In this document: positions 21,101 to 30,022 of the stretch, in pieces
How positions within the stretch are numbered: position 1 is the first letter of the stretch
How the letters are laid out: each line of letters starts with the position of its first letter
Origin: an uncultured Spirochaetota bacterium
Lineage (GTDB): Bacteria > Spirochaetota > Brevinematia > Brevinematales > JAOACQ01
Direction of reading: 5' to 3'
Length of the DNA stretch: 64,000 nt
Assembly (NCBI GenBank): GCA_963835575.1
Contig: CAWIGG010000002.1
Span: 1,312,001-1,376,000, forward strand
The notes under the pieces: generated by a model
What the model was told of the DNA's origin: nothing
The model's database searches: none
The model's input: only the letters and a program-made list of their open reading frames with translations
Made by a program: the position numbers and the translations under genes

Positions 21101-23298
21101 CGCGCCAGCTCAGTCCTTTCCGCCCGGTCAGTTATCATGGTCCTCCCGTTATTGAGCTGATTAACAATATAGAAGATCATATCTAAAAGTTTCTCATCAG
21201 CGGCAGCGGCGAGCACTTTCCTTCCGATCATGTAGTGTATTTTCGACTTCTCTTCATCGGGAATAAGCGAATAGGCAGCAGCCTGTATCCGGTCATGTTG
21301 AAAGTTATAGATTCCGCCCTGCAGGCTCACCAACCCTTCTTCTATAGCAGCCGCCAGATACACAAAGGCTTTTTCGATGGGAATGTCCGATACCAGGGAC
21401 AGCATCGCCAGGTCGAACCGGTTGCCCATGCAGGAGCAAACCTGGAGTATTCTGCGGGTATTTTCGGGAAGCTTTGATATCTTACCTGCCATCAACTCCA
21501 CAACGTTGTCGGTTACCTGCATCTGAGCTGCCTTTCCGATGTCCCATTTCCACCCGGATTCATAATCGAATTTGATCACCCGCTCATCATACAGTGTTTT
21601 TAAAAACTGGTTCACGAAAAAGGGATTGCCGTTTGTTTTGTTATATATATGTTCACCAAGCGGCATAGTCATTTTTTCATCTGTCCTCAGGGTGCTGGCG
21701 GTGAGCGCGTTTACATCTTCCTGCGTGAGCGGCGGAAGAGAGATGGTATTGATGACGACGCCCCGCTTCCTGATTTCATCGAATGTGATGATCATAGGAT
21801 GCGACTCATTGATCTCATTGTCGCGATACGTGCCTATGAATAAAAGAGATATATTCTCACGCTGGGTGGTCAGCGTTTTTATCAATTTGAGGCTTGCTGA
21901 ATCAGCCCATTGCAAATCATCGAGAAACAGAACAAGGGGGCTTTCTTCAGCCGCAAAAACGCTGGTAAAATTCCGGAATACCAGATTGAACCGGTTTTGT
22001 GATCCATCAGGGCCAAGTTCGGGTACGTCCGGCTGTGCGCCAACTATGAGCTCCACCTCGGGAATAATATCGGTGATGACTTTTCCAATATTCCCCAGCG
22101 CGTTAGCGAGCCTTTCTTTATACACCCGCAGATTCTCGTCGCTCTGTCCCAGAATCTGCTTCACCAGCCCCTGAAACGCCTGAATGATGGCGCTGTAAGG
22201 AACATCCCTCTTGAATTGTTCATATTGCCCCGCGATAAAGAAACTTCTTTTCGCGGCAATGGTTTTGTGAATTTCATTGACCAACGCCGACTTGCCGATA
22301 CCGGGATTCCCCGTGACAAGCATTATTTCACACGCGCCGCTTGCGGCCCGTTCAAACGCCGCCTGCAGCGCTTCTATCTCTTTTTCCCTGCCGTATAATT
22401 TTTCAGGAATATTGAATTTATCGGATATGTCTTTTTTACCCAGTGGAAATTTTTCTATTTTACCTTTTTCATTCAGCTGCCTCCCGCACTCTTCCAGGTC
22501 CGCCTTTAATCCTCCGGCGCTCTGGTAGCGTTCTTCCGCTCCTTTCGATAACAGCTTCATGACGATAGCTGAAACCATTTCAGGTATATCCTGTTTCACT
22601 TCCCGCGGAACTTCAGGTATTCCCGCGATATGAGCATGGATCAGCTCAAGAGGGTCCCTGGAAGAAAAAGGAAGGATGCCGGTCAGCATGGCATAAAATA
22701 CTACCCCGAGTGAATAAAAATCTGTCCGGTAGTCCACCGATCGGTTCATCCGGCCGGTTTGTTCCGGAGAGATAAACGGCAGTCTGTTTTCAATTACATC
22801 CTTATCATAAAAAGATTCCAGTTCTTTTGCTTCTAAAAAAGATAATTCAAAATCCCCCATCTTTATCGAGCTGTTCTCTTTGTCAATGAAAATTGATGAT
22901 AAACTGATATTCCCGTGATAAATATTGTAAGCATGTATTTCTTTCAGCGCTTCCGATAGCTGAATGACCATTGAAAGAAATGTCTTCAGGTCAATTTCTT
23001 CTTCTTTTAAAAATTCTTTTAATGGTATTCCGTTAAAATCTTCCCGGATCAATACAATTCCTTCGTTCGAATTTTGAATGTCGAGTATTTTAATGATCCT
23101 GTCTGATTTTATATCCATCAGTTTTCCATATACTGATTTAAACCGGGCGATATTTTCAGGCGTGTTATATAAGTCTTTTAAAATCTTAAATAATAACGGC
23201 TTTTTGTTTTTATCTGAATTGGAATATCCATGGTATGAATTCGAAACTGGATGTTCACCGTCCCTGACCTCTATTGTATAATCCGGAAGATTAATCAT
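18157..23298 (-). CDS. Ser/Thr kinase-like/AAA ATPase/GAF/histidine kinase multidomain sensor
   Basis: ISPEQTGRMNR, Walker A GNPGIGKS, LDDLQWAD, GAF (LYLENN), H-box ASHDLREPL, G-box GIGLAVC. Confidence 0.93.
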   Translation of the reverse strand: MINLPDYTIEVRDGEHPVSNSYHGYSNSDKNKKPLLFKILKDLYNTPENIARFKSVYGKLMDIKSDRIIKILDIQNSNEGIVLIREDFNGIPLKEFLKEEEIDLKTFLSMVIQLSEALKEIHAYNIYHGNISLSSIFIDKENSSIKMGDFELSFLEAKELESFYDKDVIENRLPFISPEQTGRMNRSVDYRTDFYSLGVVFYAMLTGILPFSSRDPLELIHAHIAGIPEVPREVKQDIPEMVSAIVMKLLSKGAEERYQSAGGLKADLEECGRQLNEKGKIEKFPLGKKDISDKFNIPEKLYGREKEIEALQAAFERAASGACEIMLVTGNPGIGKSALVNEIHKTIAAKRSFFIAGQYEQFKRDVPYSAIIQAFQGLVKQILGQSDENLRVYKERLANALGNIGKVITDIIPEVELIVGAQPDVPELGPDGSQNRFNLVFRNFTSVFAAEESPLVLFLDDLQWADSASLKLIKTLTTQRENISLLFIGTYRDNEINESHPMIITFDEIRKRGVVINTISLPPLTQEDVNALTASTLRTDEKMTMPLGEHIYNKTNGNPFFVNQFLKTLYDERVIKFDYESGWKWDIGKAAQMQVTDNVVELMAGKISKLPENTRRILQVCSCMGNRFDLAMLSLVSDIPIEKAFVYLAAAIEEGLVSLQGGIYNFQHDRIQAAAYSLIPDEEKSKIHYMIGRKVLAAAADEKLLDMIFYIVNQLNNGRTMITDRAERTELARLNRMAGIKAKKSTAYGSAVRYLTTGIELLPEQSWDVEYELTFSLFRERMECEYLTGNFEVAVSLFDIVTKNAKTVVDQTNAYTIMVVLYTNIGDYKEAIRLGLEGFDMVGHHIPKKPGKIHVLLELIRLRLNFGRRRIEDIINLSRDTDPERIAIGDLSFSTGTAAYYVDPNLWTVTIIKLINMMLKKGNVEVSSLAWVALGPIIGSGLGFYNEGYRFARAALELNEKLNTPKNRCTLNFLTGYFILHWTRQAREDIQYLRDAYKYGLESGDMIYCGHSINVLCMYRIMIGDNLDDIFTEYKNYKNFQLGVKDPFVASNYHENTQMYLNFKGLTERSNTLNSGGYNEENELIKYRAANNLLGVFYHLLVRMRIQFFIGNYTRCIGIAKEMEKIIEIAIGTLHVAEFYFYYSLALTAGYNSVSAGKRRSHIRQLAKNQKKIRTWAKFCPENFLHKYLLVEAELAVIQGQLKKAKNLYGQAIQSARENGYKQNEAIANERASLLMQRTGDMENMKKYMVEARFCYIKWGATAKVKDLEEKYPHLLMEEAKGAVPSLMSLDFAAVLKASQSISQEIEREKLLNNLMNIVIESAGAQKGFLILEHDENLFIEAEGLLGKEKGGFQAVPVSESQGLSPAIIQYVKRTKENIVLRDASQEGLFVSDSYISKNQIKSVLCTPVFRQSELVCILYLENNLLTDAFTPERLEVLNILSSQAAISLENARLYDGMRKLNEELDLRVKERTAELLNANKKLERSNAELEQFAYIASHDLREPLRKINTFGEMLKKKYYSTLEEEGSGYVDRMQNATVRMQALIDDLLTYSRVTTQAKPYTSVDLNLAVKDVLSDLELRIKKTSGRVEAGPLPIIEADLIQMMQLFQNLIANAVKFHKPDEPPVIKIYALKEAPEGHCMLAVEDNGIGIDEKDYDKIFKMFQRLHGKDEYEGNGIGLAVCKKIVERHKGSIRIESVPGKGTKFIILLPVNPN

Positions 23299-23322
23299 AT
23301 CGTCTCCTGAATAATAGGTTCA

Positions 23323-23515
23323 TATTGTCAAAAGTTTTCTTTGTGAAAACTTTTTAACTCTATATATAAAATATAAATAATGCTTATTTTCTTTTACTCC
23401 CCTTGATTTAGTTTATTCCCCCTGAAAAGGGGGAATTATTTTCCTAAAATCTTCTCCTTTGCTTCGATACGCCTGCGGGCTACTCAGCACAAGTTTCATA
23501 AAACTTTTAACATTA
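23323..23515. repeat. Short, ORF-less sibling of the 26230-26853 element
   Basis: Shares TGTCAAAAGTTTTCTT..GAAAACTTT, GGGGAATTATT..TTTCCTAAAA and AACTTTT.ACATTA with it. Confidence 0.6.
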
Positions 23516-23572
23516 CCAACAGATCTCATTTTAGTTATCAATATTTATTTAGTCAATTGAATGCCTTTATTT

Positions 23573-25337
23573 TTATTTATCCTGTTTAACAGGAAGTAAA
23601 ATAATAAATTTTGTTCCTTCTCCCGCCTTACTTTCCACCCGGATTGTCCCTCCATGCCGCTCCGCGATTTTCTTGCACACCGCGAGTCCTATGCCGCTCC
23701 CTTCATACTCATCCCTTCCATGCAGACGCTGAAATACCCCGAATATTTGATCATAATACATCTCATCAATGCCGATGCCGTTGTCCTCAACGGCAATGCT
23801 GATAAATCCCTCCGGAGCTTCCTTATAACTCATAGACTTTCACTATAGGCGGCACGTCCGGTTTGTGGAACTTAAGCGCGTTGCCGATCAGGTTCTGGAA
23901 CAACTGACGCATCTGAGTCGGCTCGGCTTTGATTACCGGCAGTGAATCAGTCTCCACTCTGCCGGATGCTTTTTCTATCCGCACCTCCAGGTCAGATAAT
24001 ACATCTTTCACTATCTGAGAAAGATCTATGCGGGAATTGGGTTCTGCCTTGGTGGTGACCCTTGAATAGGTGAGAAGATCATCAATTAAACTCTGCATCC
24101 TGATCGCGGCGTTCAGTATTCTTTCCAGATAATCCCGGCTTTGGTCTTCAAGGACGTCATAACTCTTTTCTTTCAGCCGCTCCCCGAAGGCTTTTATCTT
24201 CCGGAGAGGTTCCTGGAGATCGTGGGAAGCCACATGAGCAAAGTCCTGCAGATCCTGGTTGCTTTGCGACAGACTTTTATTCAGAAGCAAAAGGGCTTCT
24301 TCAGACTGCTTTAGTTCGGTAATGTCGTGTACGATGCAGACAAAGCCGATATTCCTGCTGCCCCTATGCCTGATTACCGAACTGGAAAATACGACCGGAA
24401 CAGTCCTTTCCGCCTTCGTTTCAAGCTCAGTCTCTAAACCAATGATTCTATTAGATAATAAAAGCTTGGTTCTTATTGTTTTTGCGGTTTCTTTATTTTC
24501 GAACAGGAAATCCATTGGTTTTCCAATAACCTCTTCCTCCGGGTAACCCGATGTTTTAACCAGCGCGGGGTTGACTCCCGCTATTTTACCCTCCAGATCA
24601 ACCAGGATTAAAGAATCGGACATAGTAGAGATTATATTCTCCACCGCTACTACCGGATCTATTCTGAACAGATCGTATTTCCAGATTCCGTAGCCGATAA
24701 AAGCATTCATCCAGAGTATCAAAAAAGGGGCCATCTCCGGAGTTTTGATTTTATTCATTATAGGAAGTGCTACCACAAAAACCAATAAAGACAAACAGAT
24801 CAGGAAAATTTTGATCATTTTTTTCTTGGCTTTGTTAGTTGTTTTTAAATAGTAATGAACGATAAGAATAAGAGATAGAGAAATGATTAAAAGTAGCCAT
24901 ATACCAATTATATAAGACATCCAAGGATTATGGGGAACGGCATAGGCTGTATACCCCATGTCGCCAGGCTTTAGCTGACCAGCCAATAAATCGGTTGTCA
25001 GAGCCATAATTGAAAAGAACAATGCCGGAATATACAAAATAAAATAAGTGAGTTTATTTTTCAACCATTTCTTTTTTTCTGTAAAGACTAATGCGAAGTG
25101 AAGAAGAAACACCGTTGAGCTGCTTCCCGGAGAAGCAACTTTTAACCATAATAAAGCGGTATAAGAATCGGCTGACTGTTGGGATAAAAAATAAAAAAAT
25201 AGATAATAAGCGGAAGATAAACATAACAGTGAAAAAACCTGATTCAAAGCTTCTTTCTTATTGCTGTGATAGACAATTTCAGCTATTAATAAACAAGATA
25301 AAGCGGATAATAAAGTGGTAATGGTAAATACATTCAT
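23573..25337 (-). pseudogene. 7TM-PAS sensor histidine kinase, frameshifted near the C-terminus
   Basis: TM region, PAS and ASHDLQEPL. One extra base near 23826 separates the HATPase end (EDNGIG, GIGLAVC); the paralogue reads YALKEAPEG here. Confidence 0.85.
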
Positions 25338-25369
25338 TGGAACTTACTCCTTTTATCTTTCCACGCTCT

Positions 25370-26203
25370 TTATTTATCTTTGTCAGAGAAATCCACTTTC
25401 ACTCTTGTACCCTGCTCAAATGATATTTCCAGGGTACCCTGCAGGCGGTGAACCAGGTCTTTCACCAGTTTCAGGCCGAAAGTGTCCGGTTCTTTCAAAT
25501 TAACATGAGCAGGTAAACCAACTCCATTATCAATCACCTCCAGAACATTATTACCCGCATCATTATGATAAAACTTTATTTCGATAAAACCGGGTTTGCT
25601 GCCGGGAAAGGCATATTTCAAGCTATTCGTAATCAATTCGTTCACGATCAAACCGCATGACAGCGCGGTGTTGATAGTTATAAACATTTTTTCCGCGCTT
25701 ATTTTGAATTCTATGGTACGGGTTGGAGATAGATAGCTTTCAAACAAATAGCCGATTAACTCCTTAATATATGCCGAAAAATCGATCTCAGTTTCATTGC
25801 TCAGGGTTTCATTCTTTTTTTTCTCGATAGCGTATCGAATGGATCTTTCCAATAGCTCAGCATTAACCTTACCCTTAATCAGGTAATCGGAAGCTCCCTG
25901 CTTCATAGCTAAAATATCTATCTCATGACTGTTCTGGCCGGTCAACATAATGGCGGGAATATTTTTATGCTTTTCGATTATCTTAGTAATCAATTCGATG
26001 CCGGTATTTGGCCCCAGGTTATAATCAACTAAAAACACATCATAATTGTCTTTTTGAATTTCTTCCATAGCTTCTTCAAAGTTTGATACCCAGGACATAT
26101 TATATTCCTGGTCTTCGATATCCGAAATGATGTCTTTAGTAATGATATAGTCCTCTTCATCGTCATCAATTAATAAGATTCTGATTCTTTCCTTTTCATC
26201 CAT
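25370..26203 (-). CDS. Receiver domain fused to a HisKA_2/HWE-type HATPase lacking the H-box (possibly internally deleted)
   Basis: LLIDDDEED (REC), then directly IDFSAYIKEL..GLIVNELITNSLKYAF..DNGVG. Confidence 0.75.
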   Translation of the reverse strand: MDEKERIRILLIDDDEEDYIITKDIISDIEDQEYNMSWVSNFEEAMEEIQKDNYDVFLVDYNLGPNTGIELITKIIEKHKNIPAIMLTGQNSHEIDILAMKQGASDYLIKGKVNAELLERSIRYAIEKKKNETLSNETEIDFSAYIKELIGYLFESYLSPTRTIEFKISAEKMFITINTALSCGLIVNELITNSLKYAFPGSKPGFIEIKFYHNDAGNNVLEVIDNGVGLPAHVNLKEPDTFGLKLVKDLVHRLQGTLEISFEQGTRVKVDFSDKDK

Positions 26204-26229
26204 AAGAGTTCTCCCTTCTATTAAAATCG

Positions 26230-26853
26230 TAATGTCAAAAGTTTTCTTGTCGAAAACTTTTATTTTTATAATCAACAATGAATTTTTAAATATGGCCTAA
26301 CTCCCCTCCTATTTTAGGAGGTCAATTACTCCATCCATAGGTGTAATTGAGGGGGTGGTAAAGAAGTTCCCGCTAATCTCTAATAAAACACCCTCAATAT
26401 TTTCAAACACTCTTTTATTTTCTATTCTACATACCCTGATACCAAAATCATTCAAAAATAATGTTCTTTTTTGATCATCATCATAGCCCGAAAGACTGTA
26501 ATGACCTTCACCATCTAATTCAACGCATAATTTTTCCGAAGGACAGTAAAAATCCAATATATATGAACCTACACTATGTTGCTGCCTCCGGCAGTCTAAA
26601 TTTTCTTCCTTCCAATCCTTTATTTTGAAGAAACTTCCATAACTTAGCTTCTTCTGGAGTCAGATGATTACTTAAGCATTTACGTTTATCTTTTAATTCT
26701 TTTTTATTGTGAATGATTTCTTTCATACACTTTTCTACCACCCCTCAATTAATCCTTTGGATGGATTAATTGACCCTCCTTCACAAGGAGGGGAATTATT
26801 GCTTCCTAATATTTTCCTAAAAACCCTTCTTTTTCATACAACTTTTGACATTA
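26230..26853. mobile_element. Inverted-repeat-bounded mini-element carrying a DUF559 nuclease gene
   Basis: Outer IR TAATGTCAAAAGTT / AACTTTTGACATTA. Inner ~65-bp IRs at 26299-26365 and 26731-26797. Confidence 0.6.
26309..26726 (-). pseudogene. DUF559 (Vsr-like) endonuclease, frameshifted
   Basis: MKEIIHNKKELK..TPEEAKLW..GRKFR / QHSVGSYILDFYC..VELDG..H, interrupted by the palindrome at 26582-26594. Confidence 0.82.
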
Positions 26854-26866
26854 TCTTTAAAATTTT

Positions 26867-28386
26867 GTAACTATCCAGCCACTAAAAAATAGTCACATGA
26901 AATATTTGCATTGAGCATGAAACCATGCTATTCTATAGCATGAATGAAGATAGAAGAGAAAAAGACTGTGCGGCCTGCTTAAAACGATTTGAAGGCATCA
27001 TTGCTGATTTACAAAACCAGATAAAGGAGCAGGGTTTAATCATTCAAAGACAAGCGGAAAAGATTAAGAAATTGGAAGAACAGCTTAATAAGGACAGCCA
27101 TAACAGCAATAAACCGCCGTCTTCCGATAATCCATTCCAAAATACAGTAAAGAATTTACGGAAAAAGAGCGGTAAAAAACAAGGCGGCCAGTTTGGACAT
27201 AAGGGAAATACTCTGAAGAAAGTAGAAAGCCCTGATAAGATCATAGAACATCAGGTTGAAAAATGTTCCTGTTGTGGAATTGATTTAAGTTCCGAATCAG
27301 TTAAGCGGACGGAAAGAAGGCAGGTGTTCGATATACCTCCGATAAAAGTGGAAGTTACCGAACATCGCTCGGAAGTAAAAGATTGTCCGCATTGCGGTGC
27401 GAGAGTAACGGCGGAGTTTCCGGAAGGCATAACCAATAAGGCACAGTATGGAAAAAACATTAAAGCGCATCTGGTCTATATGAAAACATATGGGTTGATA
27501 CCCTATGAAAGGCTTTCGGAATACGCCGAATGTTTATTGGGAGTGCCGCTCAGCAAGGCAACGATTGAAGGATTTATCCGGGAGACCTACAATAAATTAG
27601 AAGAGTATGAACAGAAAGTCATAGAACTGATACTAAAAGAAGTGGTTCTTCACTGTGATGAAACCGGTATTCGGATAAAAGGGTTATTAAAATGGCTCCA
27701 TGTTGCCTCGAATGAACGTTTTACCTATTATTTTTCTCATGACAAACGCGGCACAGAGGCGATGCGTGCGATGGACATTCTCACAAGATTTACCGGTATT
27801 ATTATCCACGATGGATGGAAAAGTTATCTGGAATTCTTATGCCGTCATGGATTGTGTAATGTACACCATTTGAGAGAGCTAATCTGGATACATGAGGAAA
27901 TGGGTCAGGAATGGGCTAAGGAGATGGGTAATCTTCTTATAAGGATTAAGAATGATAAAGAGGCAAGTTTTCCAATACCGGCGGAAAGGATTATAGAATA
28001 TGATACGGAATATGACCGGATCATCGCGAAAGGATTTGCTGTAAATCCAACGCCTGAAAAGCCGGAAGGACTTGTTAAACGCGGCAGAAAAAAGCGGGGC
28101 AAGGTTTTATGCCTATTAGACCGATTAAGAAAATATAAAGAATCTGTCCTTTTATTTATGCGGGAAAAAGATGTTCCATTCAGCAACAATTTGGCGGAAC
28201 GGGATATCAGAATGATAAAAGTCCAGCAGAAAATATCAGGTACATTCAGAAGCTGGAATGGAGCGGCTGCCTTTTGCAGAATCAGGGGTTATATATCTAC
28301 AGTAAAAAAGATGGGCGTCAGTGTTTATCAAGCCCTTATTGACGCGTTGAACGGCTCCGCTATTAAATATGCGGCTGGATAGTTAC
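26867..28386 (+). mobile_element. IS66-family element (single-ORF type), intact
   Basis: IRs GTAACTATCCAGCC / GGCTGGATAGTTAC. 8-bp target duplication AAAATTTT on both sides. Confidence 0.95.
26925..28382 (+). CDS. IS66 transposase
   Basis: DSHNSNKPPSSD, Zn ribbon, HCDETG, HDGWKSY, NNLAERDIR. The start may be 26940. Confidence 0.95.
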   Translation: MLFYSMNEDRREKDCAACLKRFEGIIADLQNQIKEQGLIIQRQAEKIKKLEEQLNKDSHNSNKPPSSDNPFQNTVKNLRKKSGKKQGGQFGHKGNTLKKVESPDKIIEHQVEKCSCCGIDLSSESVKRTERRQVFDIPPIKVEVTEHRSEVKDCPHCGARVTAEFPEGITNKAQYGKNIKAHLVYMKTYGLIPYERLSEYAECLLGVPLSKATIEGFIRETYNKLEEYEQKVIELILKEVVLHCDETGIRIKGLLKWLHVASNERFTYYFSHDKRGTEAMRAMDILTRFTGIIIHDGWKSYLEFLCRHGLCNVHHLRELIWIHEEMGQEWAKEMGNLLIRIKNDKEASFPIPAERIIEYDTEYDRIIAKGFAVNPTPEKPEGLVKRGRKKRGKVLCLLDRLRKYKESVLLFMREKDVPFSNNLAERDIRMIKVQQKISGTFRSWNGAAAFCRIRGYISTVKKMGVSVYQALIDALNGSAIKYAAG

Positions 28387-28417
28387 AAAATTTTGTATTG
28401 TTGAAAGTTCTCCTGTT

Positions 28418-28652
28418 TTAAAGAATAACATTTTGTTTTAACGGTAATTGGACGCAGAAAGTCGAGCCTTCCCCTTCTTTACTGAAAGCTTTTATAATGC
28501 CGTTATGCTGTTCTGCGATCTTTTTACATATTGCCAGCCATATGCCGGTACCTTCATATTCAATGCGCCCCTGGAGCCGTTGAAACAATCCGAATATTTG
28601 CTCCGAATATTTATTATCAAATCCAATCCCATTATCCGATATATTAATTTCG
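28418..28652 (-). pseudogene. Orphan C-terminal HATPase fragment of a histidine kinase
   Basis: Hand translation EINISDNGIGFD..FQRLQGR.EYEGTGI.LAICKKIAEQH.G..GEGSTF, in a different frame from the listed ORF. Confidence 0.75.
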
Positions 28653-28654
28653 CG

Positions 28655-29515
28655 GTTGTATTCTGAATTTGCTCGATCATCTGCCGAAGATTTGCCGTCG
28701 TATCAACAAATTGCTGCCCCAGGATAATTAATGAGGTATTCTGATCGTCGGATTGCGTTTCATCTCCCAGTTCCAGACGGGAATCCAGATTGCCTTTCTC
28801 TACTTCAATCATATAGTCAACATATTTCTTGACCGTTTCCTGCAAATACCGGCCGCGCTGTTCCAGTCTTCCTATTACTTCCCGCAGCTGCCCAGTCATA
28901 CTATTAAAAGCCTTCGCAAGCCTTGAGATTTCAAGCGGGCCGCCTGGTTCCGCATTTAATTCCATTTCACCTCCGGCAATCCGGGTGGCCGTTTCCATTA
29001 AGCTGACTATGGGCACGGACAACCGCCGCGCCACGCTAATACCAATCCAGCCTGCCAGCGCCGCCATAAGAATAGTAAATATTGCCGAGAAAAATATGGT
29101 CTTATTGAGCGCATCATAAGCTTCTGCCACAGGCAGTTCAATCATTACGGCCCAATCAGGGACTCCAAGAGAAACATAGGTGCCGAGGACCATCTTTCCA
29201 TTAATTCCTTTGAATACTTCCGACCTGGTTTCCTCAGCAGATACAGGATTGCCGATAAATTCATGAACAACCATTAAATTACCGGTATTTTCGCCCCGTA
29301 AAACGCGGGAGATATCATTAAACGCGATCAACTTTCCCTGCCTGTCTACCACATAGGCTAAGCCGGTTTTTTCAATCTTCATGCTTCCTACCAGGTCCCA
29401 CATAAATTTCAGGTTTACTTCTACTATCAATACGCCCTGGAAATCCCTAAAAACGTCTATTACAGGGACTGCCATAATGATCATCGGTTCACTGGTCAGG
29501 GTATCAACATATACA
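28655..29515 (-). pseudogene. dCache-TM-HAMP sensor/chemoreceptor fragment
   Basis: IIMAVPV..GVLIVEV, GLAYVVD..GKLIA, WAVMIE.P, HAMP EISRLAKAFNSM. Both ends are missing. Confidence 0.72.
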
Positions 29516-29519
29516 GGTA

Positions 29520-29965
29520 GCGGACTCCGGTGATATTCCCGCCCGGATGGCGCACGCTCTCTACTGGAATATTCCCTTCTACGCCGCACATATCAAAAAC
29601 CACAGGTATCCCTGTTCCCGTGGTTAAATTATAAACCGTAACACTTGCCCCTGTTGGAAAGGTGAAAATCAAATCAACCTTATCTTCCACAAATTTCTTG
29701 ACAGCTCGCTTTTCCCCTTCAGGATCATCGTCCTTTATTTGCGTACATAAATAATATTTTTGCCTTCTATATATCCCAGCCCTTTCATTCCGGACTTGAA
29801 GCTATCCGCTATACTGATCATAGGAGTAAAGCTGGTTAGAATACCCACATGGTAAACCTTTGGCTTTAAGCTGCACCGGCTCAAAAGCAGACCGAGAAAA
29901 AATACTCCCAGGAGCATAATAAATCCCCCGGAAATTTTGCCGGTTAATCCGCGTTTCACTTGCAA
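29520..29965 (-). pseudogene. Broken N-terminal part of an ABC-type substrate-binding protein
   Basis: Lipoprotein-like signal, FKSGMKGLGYIEGKNI, then in another frame VDLIFTF..IPVVF..PGGNITGV. Confidence 0.65.
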
Positions 29966-30022
29966 AATCTCTGCCTCCTCTAATCATTAAATACAGGTCC
30001 TTATAGTTAATTTCGCTGAATA

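Noticed and set aside
28492..29589. 365-aa ORF as an intact gene
   Set aside because: Both ends are out-of-frame readings of neighbouring fragments; only the dCache-HAMP core is real.
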